A stretch of DNA of 64,000 bases from the human T2T-CHM13v2.0 reference genome, Homo sapiens: assembly GCF_009914755.1 (NCBI RefSeq), contig NC_060927.1; one strand, written 5' to 3'. The notes beneath the pieces were generated by a model. It was not told the origin of the DNA. It ran no database searches and was given only the letters and a program-made list of their open reading frames with translations. Made by a program: the position numbers and the translations under genes. Below, one piece after another: positions 27,132-41,410 of this stretch; the first letter of the stretch is position 1, and the number at the start of each line of letters is the position of its first letter.

Positions 27132-29170
27132 TCCTAGACATTCTTAAGGAAGGAAGCAGGATGTTGATTTATATTTTAGTATGAGCTCCTTATTTTACTG
27201 TGAACTACTAACAGTTCTCAGACCAGCACAGTGTGGGCCACAGTTAGAGTAGCACTGTGAGTATAAATGACAGTAAATTTTAGTAACACAGTGACAAAGA
27301 CAACCAGGAGAAAAATCCTGAAAATCCAAATTCCATTAATCTCAGCTACTGTGTAAACTAGTAACTATGATATCAGTTGATAAAGGCTTTAAAGATTAAG
27401 TCTCTTTAAGTCTTCCCAAAGACTTTAAAGATTATAAAACTCTCCTGAAGAGGAATGAATAAGCAGGACTTGGCACCCTAGTTTTGAAAGTCTGTTGTCC
27501 CTCATTTTAAAGCATAAAAACTATAAGATAAGTACTGACAAATGTTTGTTATCCAATTGACAAATTAACTTTCACTTGGACCATAATCACATACTTATTA
27601 GTCTTTTGTATTTTAAAAACGCTTCTTCAGCTTAAACTCTTAAAAAGTTTCTTGGCTTAGGATACTTTGTAGATTATTTAAACATTCCTGATAAAAGTAA
27701 AACACAAAAGTAAATGTAACATTCCAAGTTGTTTAAAATGCTTCTTTCAATTTGAAATTATTTCTTTAAAAAGTACCAAATACAAACTTTATATTTATTA
27801 ATGATTCCACTGATATCAACTGTGATCCCTCACTCATTAGAGCACTAGAATTCTCAATCACTCCCAGTGTGCCACTTCCTATTGCCCTTCTGCAAATCCT
27901 GATGATTCTAGAAGCACATGAATACCCTGTGCCCTCAAAACGGTTAGCAGCAGTAGCATATTACTTTCTACATAGTCATTTGCATTTATGGACATGACCT
28001 ACATTTTGAAAGAGTGTTAAAACATAAAACAATAGATCATTTTTGTTCTTAAGTTTGATCAGTGAATTCTCAAATGTATGAGAATGATGCCTCACCTCAT
28101 TAATTTCCTCTCATCAGCAAAACAATACTCAAGATGAGCAGCTCCTTTAATGGTAAAATGGAGTTCTGGGGCTCAAAGAAAGAAAAGCTTAAAAGCCCTC
28201 TTCTTTTGTTCCTTTCAGCAATATGCCTAAAAATTCAATTATAAAATCTTATTTGGTGTTTGAAAGGAGCCATTTACTATATAAAATCAAATTTTAGATT
28301 AACTGGTTTTCGGTTGCCTTGTTCTTAATTTTGAAAAAGAAAAAAAATCTACTTTTTTCATCTTGTAAACATGTCCTAAGCCACAAAAGATTTTCTAAAG
28401 CATTTTTTCAACAAGTTTTTATACATTTTAAAATTTACCTTTTAACTTAAATAGAAAATCACTCATCTTGGTGTATAGCACTTTCAGTTTTAATAAATGC
28501 ACCCAGCTGTGAAACCATCACCATAATCAAGATACAGAACAATTTCATCACTCAAAAAAAAAAAAAAAAAAAAAAAGCCCTCACCTTTCACCTTACTCTG
28601 AGTCCTTGGCAACCATCCTCGGTTAAGTTTTAATGTCCAAACGTAGACTAGATGTATATTACAGCAATCTCCGGGACAAATTTAATAGCAAAGAGAAGAC
28701 AATGCCAAGAGCTCTACCTGTCATCTTGCTCATATGTCCTTCCTACACACTCAGTGGGTAAGAGGCTTATAGGCTGTGGAAGAATATCATTGGTCTATCA
28801 GAGAGCTCCTTTTTCCTTGGGTTTCCTTTTCCAGCATAAAAGAATATCAACAAACTGTATTCTTTCTACTCATATCCCACCTCCTTTTTGCTGTGAAATA
28901 TTCCCTCAACCTGAGTTCCTTGTGCACCAGTGACCACATCACAGGCTTAATTATTAGCACAGATGGTGCCAATTAGTTCTGTGTGAAGTGCTGAAATGGA
29001 AAGGATAATAGAAGCATTACAAGCTTCCTAAAAATGGTCACAGCTGGGGCCCAATGATGACAGCTTGGGGGCAACCATATCTTTACATTCTGCAGCTCAC
29101 CTTCCACCTCCTGCTCCATCCACCAGAGCAGAACCATGATCTCAGGCTCAGAGCAGGCATACTTTATAAA

Positions 29171-29171
<1 letters not shown>

Positions 29172-29214
<43 letters not shown>
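29172..29214. repeat. (CA)21 microsatellite
   Basis: Perfect dinucleotide run. Confidence 0.97.
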
Positions 29215-29216
<2 letters not shown>

Positions 29217-32200
29217 AACTAATATACGTCAGATAGGAAGAAATTTTCTTAGAAAGTAACCAATATTCAAAAACCTTTCTTTTCTGTTCATTGTTCTTAA
29301 TATCCTTAGAAATAGTCGATTTCAGTAACATAACATAATGGGACTGGGAACACATTTTATTAGTTAGGAGGAAATTATAGTAGTAGTATTAACATCTTAC
29401 ATCTGTAAGCACCCTGGAGTCCACAAACCACCGTCACATAGTTTCTAATTTAATCCAGTCTTAGCCACATGGCACCCTGGAGGACTACAAAAGAAACTAA
29501 AGACCCTCTGAAGCTTTTAAGCTACAGACTAAAAAGGGTGGGGGGACAGAAGTAACAAGACATAAGAACAAATACAACATATCAAAATAACTAGAAACAT
29601 TAAGATCTGGTCAAATTTATACCATTTCACCAAACCCAAAATACATAAATGTCTATGATACTAAAAAATGATAGTTAGACCTGGCCCTATTTTTGATATA
29701 AAATTTCAGTATAAAAAAAACAGCTAAGTGTTTCTAAAAGTGAAATTTGACGTAGCATACTAACACAGCATTTTGAGTTTGGGGTATTGTTAATGTGGGA
29801 AACCATTCCTAAAGAAATGGGTTATTGAACAGGGTCTACACATTGACAAATATGAATTTAAGAACAGCATTTTAACTGAGGAAAAAAAATAAGAAAAGAG
29901 GTATCAAAAACTGTACTGAAATGATCTTGCTTGTGAGTCCAGCTCTTCCAAAAGAAGGGTGAATTTATTTTCTTTGTATCTCCAGCACTGACTAGAAATT
30001 CAGAAAAAATTTTTAAAACGGAAATAAAACAAGTTATGTGAAAATACAGAAGGATACCTTAAAGAACAGGTTTTTTTAACAACAATTACTATGGCAGCTT
30101 TGTAATTCTGGCAGAAGAAAAAAACTGTAACGATGGCAGGCATAAAGAACTGGGATCTAACCCACAGGACTGAAGAAACGGAAAAAATGAGGTGGATTTG
30201 AGAACAATCAAGAGGAGAAGCTGAGGCAGACTCCAGCTGGTCTTTTGGACTTGAGGGTGGTTGGACCAGAGACAGGAGAGGCTAGATGCAGAGGGGGATG
30301 CAGGATGGAGAACGGCCTGCTGTCTACACACACAGGGGCAGGTGCTTCATAGACAAGAACTGTTTCAGCTTCCTCAACCCAACGAAGAGGCTGCTCCTGG
30401 TAAGGAGAGGATTGGAAGTTCAATCTCACAATAAGAAGATACAGTAAATTCAATCCACAATCTATTCATTTTTAGAGATCACTGGAATGGCCAAGTAGAA
30501 TTTATGTTAGTGAATGAAAATGAATACTGCAGTCATGACTTTGAAAGTGTTTTTTAAAATACCATTTTGGAATAAAATGTAAATGGGCTATAAAGTTTTC
30601 ATCATGACCTTAGAGCCCTCCATCAGTTTCCCCATCCATTACCTCTTATCCCCCAATTCATACTCTCCACTCTCCCTAAGAAAACCTACAGTCTCTTATT
30701 TCACCCCTCCTGCTCCCTCCTGGTACTGGAGCTGCCCCCACATTCCACTTTTTCAACGGGTCCCCTGCCACACAGAGCCACCTCAAATGTATTCCCATTA
30801 GATTTGAGACTGCTCAACACACAACTCAATATTGCAAAGAACAGGGGTTTCTTATGTGTTGCAAGTCTATTTTCAACTTTCTAAAGCAACACTTGCTTTC
30901 CAACCTAGAAAAAAAAAATAAAACCAAACATGCTTTTTTATCTCCCCATTAAAATAGATAGGAAGTCAGAGAAAGAGGGTCAGTTTGACTCTGGATCAGT
31001 TCAGGCATCTGAAAGGAAAGTTAACTGTCATGCAAGAATGAGGTTAGCAAGCAGGTCCCAGAGGAGGGTGACGCACCTAGCAGGTCTGTTGTTGAGAGCG
31101 GGAAGCACAGGCTGGGGTGCAGTAGGAGACAGCAGAGGGAGCAGGTAATTGACAGAAGGTCTTGAAAGCATGAAATGAGAAGAGACAAGAGCAACAGTCC
31201 TCAAAGATGAATAACCCAAATCAGTTTTTTGTTTGTGGATATCTGAAGTATTTACATTTGAATATGGATACATATGATGTTCTGTGATTTCACTTTAAAC
31301 AAAATAATGATGCCAGACTTTGAAATTATGGCTTAAGAGTACAGAGAAGCTGTTGAATTTTCTAATGCTTACCTCCTTTCAGACAATTGTTTTCTGAAAA
31401 CAACTCTATTCTGAGTGTAAAACGATCTCTTGCAGAGGGGTGAGACTTGCCTTCTCCTAAACTTTCTTAGGCAAGAAACAGGTTAGGTTACCCACTGTAA
31501 GACCTTAAAAAATTGCAATGTAATCTGCAAAAACTGGATGTTAACTAAGTCATATTTAAACAGATTATACATTAACCATCAATTCCAAGGGCATTGGGTT
31601 TTTCAACAAAACAAGTATTTCCCATTACTTGACAAACTTAAAATCCTAATTTAGCACTCCCAAGGAACAGAAGCCCATTTAGATGACACAATTGGGGCCA
31701 ATAATTCCTTCGTTAATCAAAACAGCTAAAATGCAGAATCATACAAAATGCATATATTCATTTTGTTTTAGCAAACATTTAAATGTACACTAATTTGCAA
31801 ATCTTTTGCTGTAGAGCTAGGGCCCTTCCTCTGAGTAGGATCCAGTGATGGACTGTCTCACTCTCTGCTGCGCCTAAATAACACCTATAAGACAATGTCT
31901 AAGATGCCCAGGTTTGTTTTCTTTAAAGGAGAGTGAAAACTTAAAGACACTTGTGAAGCAATGTAAAAACAGAATCTGGCTGTCCATATTCTGATGATTT
32001 TTCCCTAATCTTTTATAATTGTCTCATCTTTATTCAATCTGACAGCAATTTGTCTTTATGAAGTCTTTCCAAAGGTTTTCATAGAAATGATGGCTCTATT
32101 TTAGCACACACTTTTCATCATTCTCCATTCCATTTCATTAAATTATGCCAATTACAGTAACAAGAATACCACACATAAACAGATTTGGGAACAAAATGCC

Positions 32201-32839
32201 TCTTGGTGAGCCATAAACTCAGTGAGTGGACATCTTCCCCATCATCCTCACACCAATGCCCACTCAGCAGGCCAACAGAGCCTGCACTAGTCAGGGCACT
32301 GTTAGGAGGGAATGGAGAGAGCTGGGTTAACAGGGGAAGGAGGTGAAGAAAGAGGCCTCCTATTGCACTGAAATGTATCTCTTGCATAATTCTGTCTGTG
32401 AGCATTCCTGAAGCCAGGGATGTATCATAGTAATGCCTAGCATATTTTAGCACATAATAAATATGTATTCAATGTAAGCATTTGATTTGACTAATTATTC
32501 CCACAACATTAGGAGAACACAGAGCAATGTTTTATCCAGATAACAGCTAAAGAGCCCATGGAAAGACTAGTAAATTCCAAGATTATCACAGGAATAAAGG
32601 AAACAAGAGGAGGAAGAAAAAAAACCCAGTTCCATAATTCTATTCAAAAGCACCCTAATCCAAAAATAAAAAACCAACCCAACTCATGCTCAACAATGGG
32701 AAATGGTGACCAGATTAGTAACTTAGTTTGTTGTGGGCTCCTTTGTAGGCTAAGTTTTAAACTGAATTCTCAGAACTTAATCAAACCTTTCAATTAGGTG
32801 AAGAGACTTCTATGACAACAGATTGTTTTTCAGAAACAA

Positions 32840-33030
32840 TGACAATAATAGCTAACAAAACTAAACACTTAATCTTGCCAGGCACTGTACTAAACATACT
32901 GCATGCATTTATTCATTTAATCCTCCTAAGTTTGTAGAAGTAGGTACTCATTTGAAGACACAGAGCTAGTCAGTGGTGTAGCCAGGATTTGAACCCAGAA
33001 CCTATGTTCTCAACCACTATACCATACTGC
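32840..33030 (-). mobile_element. MIR
   Basis: gccaggcactgtactaa...gccaggatttgaacccag. Confidence 0.65.
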
Positions 33031-33199
33031 CCAATATAGTTTGCCTTTTCTTATAAATGATATAATTTTAATATTTTACTTAAGGGTTTTCTTAGTATAC
33101 TTCTCAAAGGTACATTATCAAAGTCCTTATAATTATAAATTAATTCTTAAGTAATTGGCACTAACTATATGTACACTGAATAAAAAAACTATATATGAC

Positions 33200-33900
33200 T
33201 CATTCATTAATTAATAAACGTTTAACAAGCAGTTACTTAATCACTTGAAAACAAAGAGTTAAAGTAACTCTACTGAGTTACTTTATGAAGCTTCTCAGTT
33301 ACTGAGGCTTCATCATATGCTGTCCTTGCTCATGCTCTCAGGAAGCTCGATCTGGTAATGGAGCCACGTGATTGTCATACAGTTTTAGTAAATGATAACA
33401 GTGACTTTCACAAAGGGTCCTAGGTTATCCAAGGATGGAATGGAAGCCAGGGGAAGTGAAGGGGAAGGAGACTAACAAACATCTGGCATTCGACTAACGC
33501 ATTTCTTCTGTAAGCCATGGACACCCATGTGAGGGCCACAGCGGAAGAGAAATATGATCAGAGTTTCATTTAGGAATAACCACTCCAGCAGTAGAGAGCA
33601 TGGGCCAAAGGAGGAAAAGCAGGAAAGCCAGAAGGCTTTCCTTCTGTAAAAAAGATCTGCTGTAAAAGTTTAGGTGAGAGCTCCTGAACTGTATGCTTTA
33701 AATAAGGGAATTGTATGGTGTGTGAGTTATGCTCACCACAGCTGTTTTAAAAAGTATGTCTAGATGAGAAATGGTAAGAACATGAACTCAGTGACAAGGG
33801 AGAGAGCCGAAACAAATATTCAGAAGTCAGAATCAGCAAGTCTTGATGAGGGATGAATGAGAGGGAGGGAGGGCTAGGCTGAGGCGTGGAAGTAAGATCA
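33200..33900 (-). mobile_element. L2 fragment
   Basis: cattcattaattaataaacgttta tail and internal L2 motifs. Confidence 0.5.
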
Positions 33901-34946
33901 GCAGAGAGAAGAAAACAGCCATGCCACAGATAGAAGGTACGTAAGAGAGGGAGATAAACATGTAAGCAGCAAACTGTAACACAGACGGAACCAATGCAAT
34001 GCTATGATGGAGAGCCTGGCCCAAGACAACAAATCTAGAGCTGACAGAGTCATATGAACTAATTGCTGAAAGAGGAACTCATTAACAACAGTGGTGCTAT
34101 AAACTGTTATCAATTTTCCACTTCCTCCTCTGCATCAAACATGGTGCCTGACACTTCTTGTGTACACTACCAATGTCTCCATTTTATATCCAAGGAAACT
34201 GAGACTCAAAGATTAAAAGGAAATGCTGGGATTCTAATTCAGTTACCACCAGACTTTGACACCCCAAGCTACCTCTATGCTGTGACACTACCTGCTTAAC
34301 CAAATAATCATGAAAATGATAATAAAGATAACGAAAGTTTCATTCTGATACTAAGCTGGTTAGAACTGCAGCTCACATCCCCTGTGCCTTGACCAAGTAC
34401 TCAGCCCTGTGTTTGGCATTTCACATATACAACCTCATCTATGCCTCGCCTTGTGAGAGTGGTAACAAGACCTGCAAATTAGTAAGCACCTGCTCAATAC
34501 CAGACACATAATCAGAGTTATACATGTGTTATTTCTACTCTTTAGAACACTCATGCAAGGGAGGCTGCACTGGCCTCACTCTGAAGTCAAGGGAATGGGC
34601 TCACAAGACAAGGTGATACCCTAAGAGGCAGTATAGGGATAGAATCCACATTTGTATAGTTTCAAATATCTATAAATCTCTCTCTCTTCTCTCCCTCTGT
34701 TTCTCTCTCTCCTTCCCTCCCTCTCTCTTAGTTGAGAGAGAGGAAGAACACATGTGTGACAAAATGTTCAAAATCAGTGAATCCTGATAAAGAATATATA
34801 GGAATTATCTGTATAATGCTTGCAACTTTCAAATCTGAAACTAGGAAAATAAAGCCTGTGAGTCAGGGCACAAAAGAACCTGGAAAGGCTCAGTTCATTC
34901 TCAGAGGATACTTCTGGTATTACAGATAAGACTCAATTCTGCTTCT

Positions 34947-35248
34947 TTTCTTTTCTTTTTTATTTTTTTGAGACGGAGTCTCGCTCTGTCACCCAGGCTG
35001 GAGTGCAGTGGCCGGATCTCAGCTCACTGCAAGCTCTGCCTCCCGAATTCACGACATTCTCCTGCTTCAGCCTCCCAGTAGCTGGGACTACAGGCGCCCG
35101 CCACAGCGCCCGCTAATTTTTTTGTATTTTTAGTAGAGACGGGGTTTCACCGTGTTAGCCAGGATGGTCTTGATCTCCTGACCTGTGATCTGCCCGCTTC
35201 GGCCTCCCAAAGTGCTAGGATTACAGGCGTGAGCTACTGCGCCCGGCC
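34947..35248 (-). mobile_element. AluY (young, CpG-rich)
   Basis: AluY diagnostics; TSD TCAATTCTGCTTCT. Confidence 0.93.
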
Positions 35249-36072
35249 TCAATTCTGCTTCTAAGCAGCTGCTGGCAGATGGAGAGGGGGTGCCACATGA
35301 AAACTTATTTTTTAAAAGAAACTGTAATTAAATGATATTTTTTAAACCACGAATTAAACATGCATGGTACAGGCAGGCTTGGTGGTCACCAGGCCCTAAA
35401 CATTAGAAATGCAGTGTAATTTCTGGGATGAGTAGTTAACTCGTCTTCACCTTAGAAAAAGAACCAAATTTAGTAGGTAAATTGTCAGTAATTCAACATG
35501 TCTGATAGGTACATCTTGCCAAGTTTAGAATTAAAACTGTCAATTAATTTAGAATTAAAACTGTCATTACTAAAATGAAGTATTATCTAAGATTTAATAT
35601 TTGGAAGATATCAGGCCATTTCTATTTTTTAGAAATTGGAGACATACATAATTCTGCAGGTAAAGTAGTAATCTTTTGCTAAAAATTACATCAAAAAAGC
35701 AAACTAAGTTTGCCTCAAAAAGAAGGATGATAATTACTTAAGGGAAATTATTTGAATATTGATTTAATCTTGAGAGCTGAACTTTATGACACCGCCAGTA
35801 TTTATTTTTAACCCACAAAAAATGGCATTTTCACATGTTTTCATCTATTACATTGGTAGGCTATTCTCTGGTTCAGTCTACAAAAATTTCTTTATTTTGC
35901 AAATGAAAGTAGTGTTCAAGTGTCATCAATTTTTAAAGGCAACACTAGATGGCAGTAAATACACAAAAGTTGTGACAAATGACACAGTTCTCATAATACA
36001 GCAGTGATCATTTTTGCCTTTACTCAGTTTCATCTGTACTAAATCAAGCTTTAAAAAAAAATGAAGAATCAG

Positions 36073-36381
<309 letters not shown>

Positions 36382-36921
36382 TCAGAAACCTGCGTAAAAA
36401 ATAAAGTGACCTGGCTTTGGAAATGTGATCCAGAAAAGCAATAGAAACTATCAATTCATCCAATTTTAAATTTTGAGAACATTAACACTCAACATCAACT
36501 TTATAAAATTGTTACATTTTCTAAGTCGTGTTTGTTCTGTTAACAAATTCTAATCATGTAAATGTATCTAGATATTTATTTGGTTAATTAATTTGGAAAA
36601 AAAGCATCTTAAATTGCTTTTTCCATCAAGACGTTAAAAATTTATGAGAATTTTTATATATTTATAGACTATGGCATTTTTTGAGTTAGTAAAATTTCTG
36701 CTCTTATAGGGGCCATGAATAAACATATGAAAGTATAGCATGCTGTTAATTTAATATGCTACTAGCAAAACTTTTTTAAATCAATAAGAACATTATGTAG
36801 ACTCCAGTAAAAAATTCTATTTTAACGTTAATTTTAAGATTTAATTTCCTTATTTGAAAAGATTTTCAGATAAAAGAGAAAAATCTTATAAACAGAAACA
36901 TGTTAATTGACCCAATGATGG

Positions 36922-37226
36922 TTTTTTTTTGTTTGTTTGTTTGTTTTTTTCTTAGACAGAGTCTCTCTCTGTCGCCCAGGCTGGAGCGCAGTGGCGCAAT
37001 CTCGGCTTACCATAACCTCTGCCTCAAGCGATTCCCCTGCCTCAGTCTCCCGAGTAGCTGGGATTACAGGCACGCACCATCATGCCCGGCTAATTTTTGT
37101 ATTTTTAGTACAGACGGGGTTTCATCATGTTGACCAGGCTGGTCTCGAACTCCTGACCTCAGGTGATCTGCCCACCTCGGCCTCCTAAAGTGCTGAGATT
37201 ACAGGCATGAGCCACCGTGCCCGACC
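36922..37226 (-). mobile_element. AluS with (TTTG)n tail
   Basis: Antisense dimer. Confidence 0.9.
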
Positions 37227-37844
37227 CCACTGATAGTTTTGATGAACATTCTGTAACATTCTTTTTTTCCAGCTTTATAGAGGTATAACTGACAAATAAA
37301 AATTGAAATATATTTAAGTTATACAACATATTTTGAAATATGTATATCCTATGAAATGATTAGCAAAATTAATCTAATTATCATATCTATCACCTCACAT
37401 AGTTACCTTGTAAAATTCAGAATTAGAATTTTAACATGATTTTACAAACTGAATGGTAGCAAACCAAAAATTTGTATTTTCTATTCTATTTGTAAATGTT
37501 ACACTTTTTGGATTCATTACAAGACCAGATGGCATTCAGCTGAGGTCTCAGCAACACTAGAATAGCATTGGTAAATTTCTAATTTTTTGGCTATTTTAAA
37601 CAGCTTGAGCTTGGTTTTGTCCTGACACACAAAATTTTCTATTGAGAAACCAAAGCTAGGGCCCTCTCAAATGTATGAAAGTCAATAAGGTATAAACAAA
37701 ACAAATATTCAAATACACACTGTGACAGAAAGAGAGGACCCATCTGTGCCAATATAATCCAACTTCTGATCGATAGTTAACATTTTAAAATATCATAAAA
37801 TAAATAGCCATAGCTTACTGCAAGCACATTGACATAAATACACA

Positions 37845-38880
37845 CTGAAACAGCCAAAACAATCTTGAAAAAGAAGAACAAAGTTAGTAGTCTCACACCT
37901 CCTGATTTCAAAACATACTACAAAGCTATGGAAATCAAGAGTATGGTACTGGCATAAAAACAGAAACACTGACCAATGGAATAAAGAGCCCAGAAATAAA
38001 CTGTATACACAGTCAAATGATTTTGCAAACTTTGCATATACAGTCAAATGATTTTCAACAAGGGTGCCAAGACCACGCATTAGAGAAAAGACAATCTTTT
38101 CAACAAATGGTGCTGGGAAAACTGGACATCCACATGCAAAAGAAATACAAGTTATAAAAACAACCAAATGAAAATTATAGAACTGAAAAATGCAGTAATA
38201 GAAATTAAAAAAAAAAACACACCTCAGTATATGGGCTCAATAGTAGTGTGGACATATAGAAGATGTTGAAACAGTGAACTTGAAAATACATCAACAGAAT
38301 TCACCTAATGTGAATAACAGAAAACAGGCTGACAAAAATTGAACAGGGCCTTAGGGACCTGTGGGAAAATACAAAAGACCCAAGATTCATATGAAAATCC
38401 CAGGAGAAGAGAGAGAGTGGGGCTGAAAGAGTACTTGAAGAAATAACGGCTATAAAGTTCCTTAATTTGGTTAAAGACACAAACCCACAGATCTAAGAAG
38501 CTGAGCATGCCCCAAATGGAATAAACTCCCAAAAAGCTACACTAAGGCCCATTATGATTAAACTTTCAAAAATTAAAGATACAGGGAAAAAAATCTTAAA
38601 AGCAGCCAGAGAAAAAAGGATCCATTAACTACAGGCGAACACCAATTGGAATGATATATTTCTCTTCTGAGACCATTGAGACTAGAAGGAAATACCAAAA
38701 TGTTTTTCATATGCTGAAAGAAAAAGACTATCATCCATGAATTCTATGTCCAGCAAAACTATACTTAAGAATGAAAGAGAAAAAAAGTTTTCAGATGAAG
38801 AAAAAATTAAGAGAATTTGTTGCTAGCAGACTGACCCTTTAAAAATTGGCTAACAAAAGTTATTACAACAGAAAGGAAAA
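37845..38880 (+). mobile_element. Two abutting L1M fragments: ORF2 (about 37845-38150) then ORF1 (about 38150-38880); MLT1 piece follows to about 39070
   Basis: caacaaatggtgctgggaaaactgg (ORF2); aatcttaaaagcagccagagaaaa (ORF1); ctggaggctagaagtccaaaatcaag (MaLR). Confidence 0.7.
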
Positions 38881-40669
38881 TGCATTTGTTTCTCAGGGTT
38901 GCCAGAACAAAGTTATCACAAACTATTATAGATGGCTTAAAACAGCAGGACTGTATTTTCTCATAGTCTGGAGGCTAGAAGTCCAAAATCAAGATGTTGG
39001 CAGGGCTATGATCCCCCTGAAACCTGCAGGGAGCCTTCTTTGATGCTTCCTGGCTTCTTCCTAGCCTTCCTTGATGCTTCTTACTTTGCCAGTTTAGACA
39101 ATGACAATTAAAACAGCTGTTTTTATACAATGTGAAGAGACAATAAATAAATAAATAAGAGGAGGCATAATGGTTAGAACCTAGAGGGTAACAGCCAAGT
39201 ATCCCTAGAATGTGCAGATTAAGTGAATCGAGTGAGGATTAGACTAGCAAAACCATCCTGTTTAACACGAGACTAGCCACCTGCAGAACAGTATTTATAG
39301 GCCAGTAAGTCTCCCGAATTAAGTAAGAAGAACCAGGCCCTCAATATGTGATTAAGGTATCACTAAATACAAAAGAAAGCAGTAGGCTAATCAATGGTAA
39401 TATATTGAGCCAGCCAGGAATCTAGAGAAAGTGAGGGCAAAAATCAAGATGTAGACTGTAATGAGCTCATCCAGCATTGCTCAGAAGCTAGCGATGGACA
39501 CCAAGAGCTGGCTCATGAGAGAGCTCTGCTCTGTGTGGAGGTAGGGATGGTTTTCAGGTTTTCTGCGTATTTCAGGATATTACACCACTCCTGCTCTTGT
39601 TCTAAATTTACCAAGAAATCTTCTAATAACCAATCCACCTTCACTTTAACATCCACTGTTACGGTATTGGTAAAGTATCTTTTTATTGTAAATTAACCAC
39701 CTGGCTTTCTGGTCAATCCCTTGTAAGTTTCATGAGTTTTAAGTTTCAGTCAGTCCCAAAAGCCTTTAATTAACTCTGAGTATACTGGCAAAGACAAATT
39801 TTTAGATCTGTGAAGTGAAGTGCCATATTCTAAATCAAGAAAGCACACTACAAGCCTAGCCAGCTGGTCTCTCCCTGTCAAAGGTAACTCTGTCTTGTTT
39901 TCTCACTTCCACAGGTCATAAATCAGCCTTGCAAATAGCTCTCCAAAATTCTATTCAACTTACAAAATTCAAAATAGACTACTTGTATCTGTCAGGGCCA
40001 TTTTCTTTTCCCTCCCACTCACTGCTGTCTAAAATCATTCTCCAAAATGCATATTCCACATATAGCATCTATCATGAACACAGATTCCTACCAAATACAA
40101 TAAGAGCCAAAAAGAGCAAAGCAGAATATATTTCTTTAGCCAACACTGGAAATGTGCAAGTTCATGATTTCCTTTCCTCTGGTCAGCCCTGAGTCCTAAG
40201 GCCTTAAGTATATGAAACACCATTCAGGATCCTCCTAAGTTCTGCTTTTATAGAGTTCCATAACTGTTTTGTTTTTAAAATATCTAAAAATGAAAGGTGG
40301 TTACAATATTCTTGACAACTATAATTACAAGCAACAAAAAAAATTCCTACAAATTATTCCATTTACATTTGGTTAGTGCTTAATTTCCAAGATGTTACAG
40401 GGATCCATATTCTGAAACATGATAAAAGAAAAACGTAAAAAGAGCACAGACAGCCTGCTTGGGCTTTGCATGTGAAATTATCTATCGTCCTACAAATTAC
40501 ATTTTGAAGTTTGAGAGTGTTTCACAATGAATTTCACACCTGTAGCAAATGAGACTTAAGTCATTATCAAAAAGTGTTTTTAGGATTTGCTTAAGAAAGT
40601 AGAACTGTCTTTTCTCTAAAATAGACTAAAAATACATATTAAATGTATGGAATTTGATTTTGAATAGGA

Positions 40670-41002
40670 TTTTTTTTTTTAAGGGACAGTGTCTCGCTCT
40701 GTTGCCCAGGCTGGAGTGCAATGGTGCCATCATAGCTCACTGTAACCTTGAACTCTAGGGCTCAGTCAATCCTCCTGCCTCAGCCTCCCAAATAGCTAGG
40801 ACTACAAGAATGAACCAAATTACAGTACCAAATTACATCAGGTACCAAATTACCATCAGGTACCAAATTACATCAGGTAATTTTTAAATTTTTTGTGGAG
40901 ACAGGGTCTTATGTTACCCAGGTCTTGAACTCCTGGCCTTATGTCATCCTTCTGCCTTGGCTTGGGTGCTGGGATTACAGACGTGAGCCATGGCACCTGA
41001 TC
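40670..41002 (-). mobile_element. AluJ with an internal 17-bp tandem repeat
   Basis: AluJ diagnostics (catagctcactgtaaccttgaact). Confidence 0.88.
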
Positions 41003-41257
41003 CTCAAATAGGATTTACCTACTTAGCACTGGGCAGGCCAGCATAATAGTGGAAAAGTCACTTCCTGTTTGCATTGTGGTGACAGTTTTTCATACTTGGG
41101 CAATAACCATGAATACACAGCCTGAATCCTCATGTTTTCTATTACTTGAACTGTTTTTGCTTTCTTACCAGTAAATCCATATTGCTCAATTGTCAGTCAT
41201 GGACAGCCCGAAACAGCACTGCTTTGGAATAGAGAAACGTAATATGGATACTGCTTA

Positions 41258-41410
<153 letters not shown>

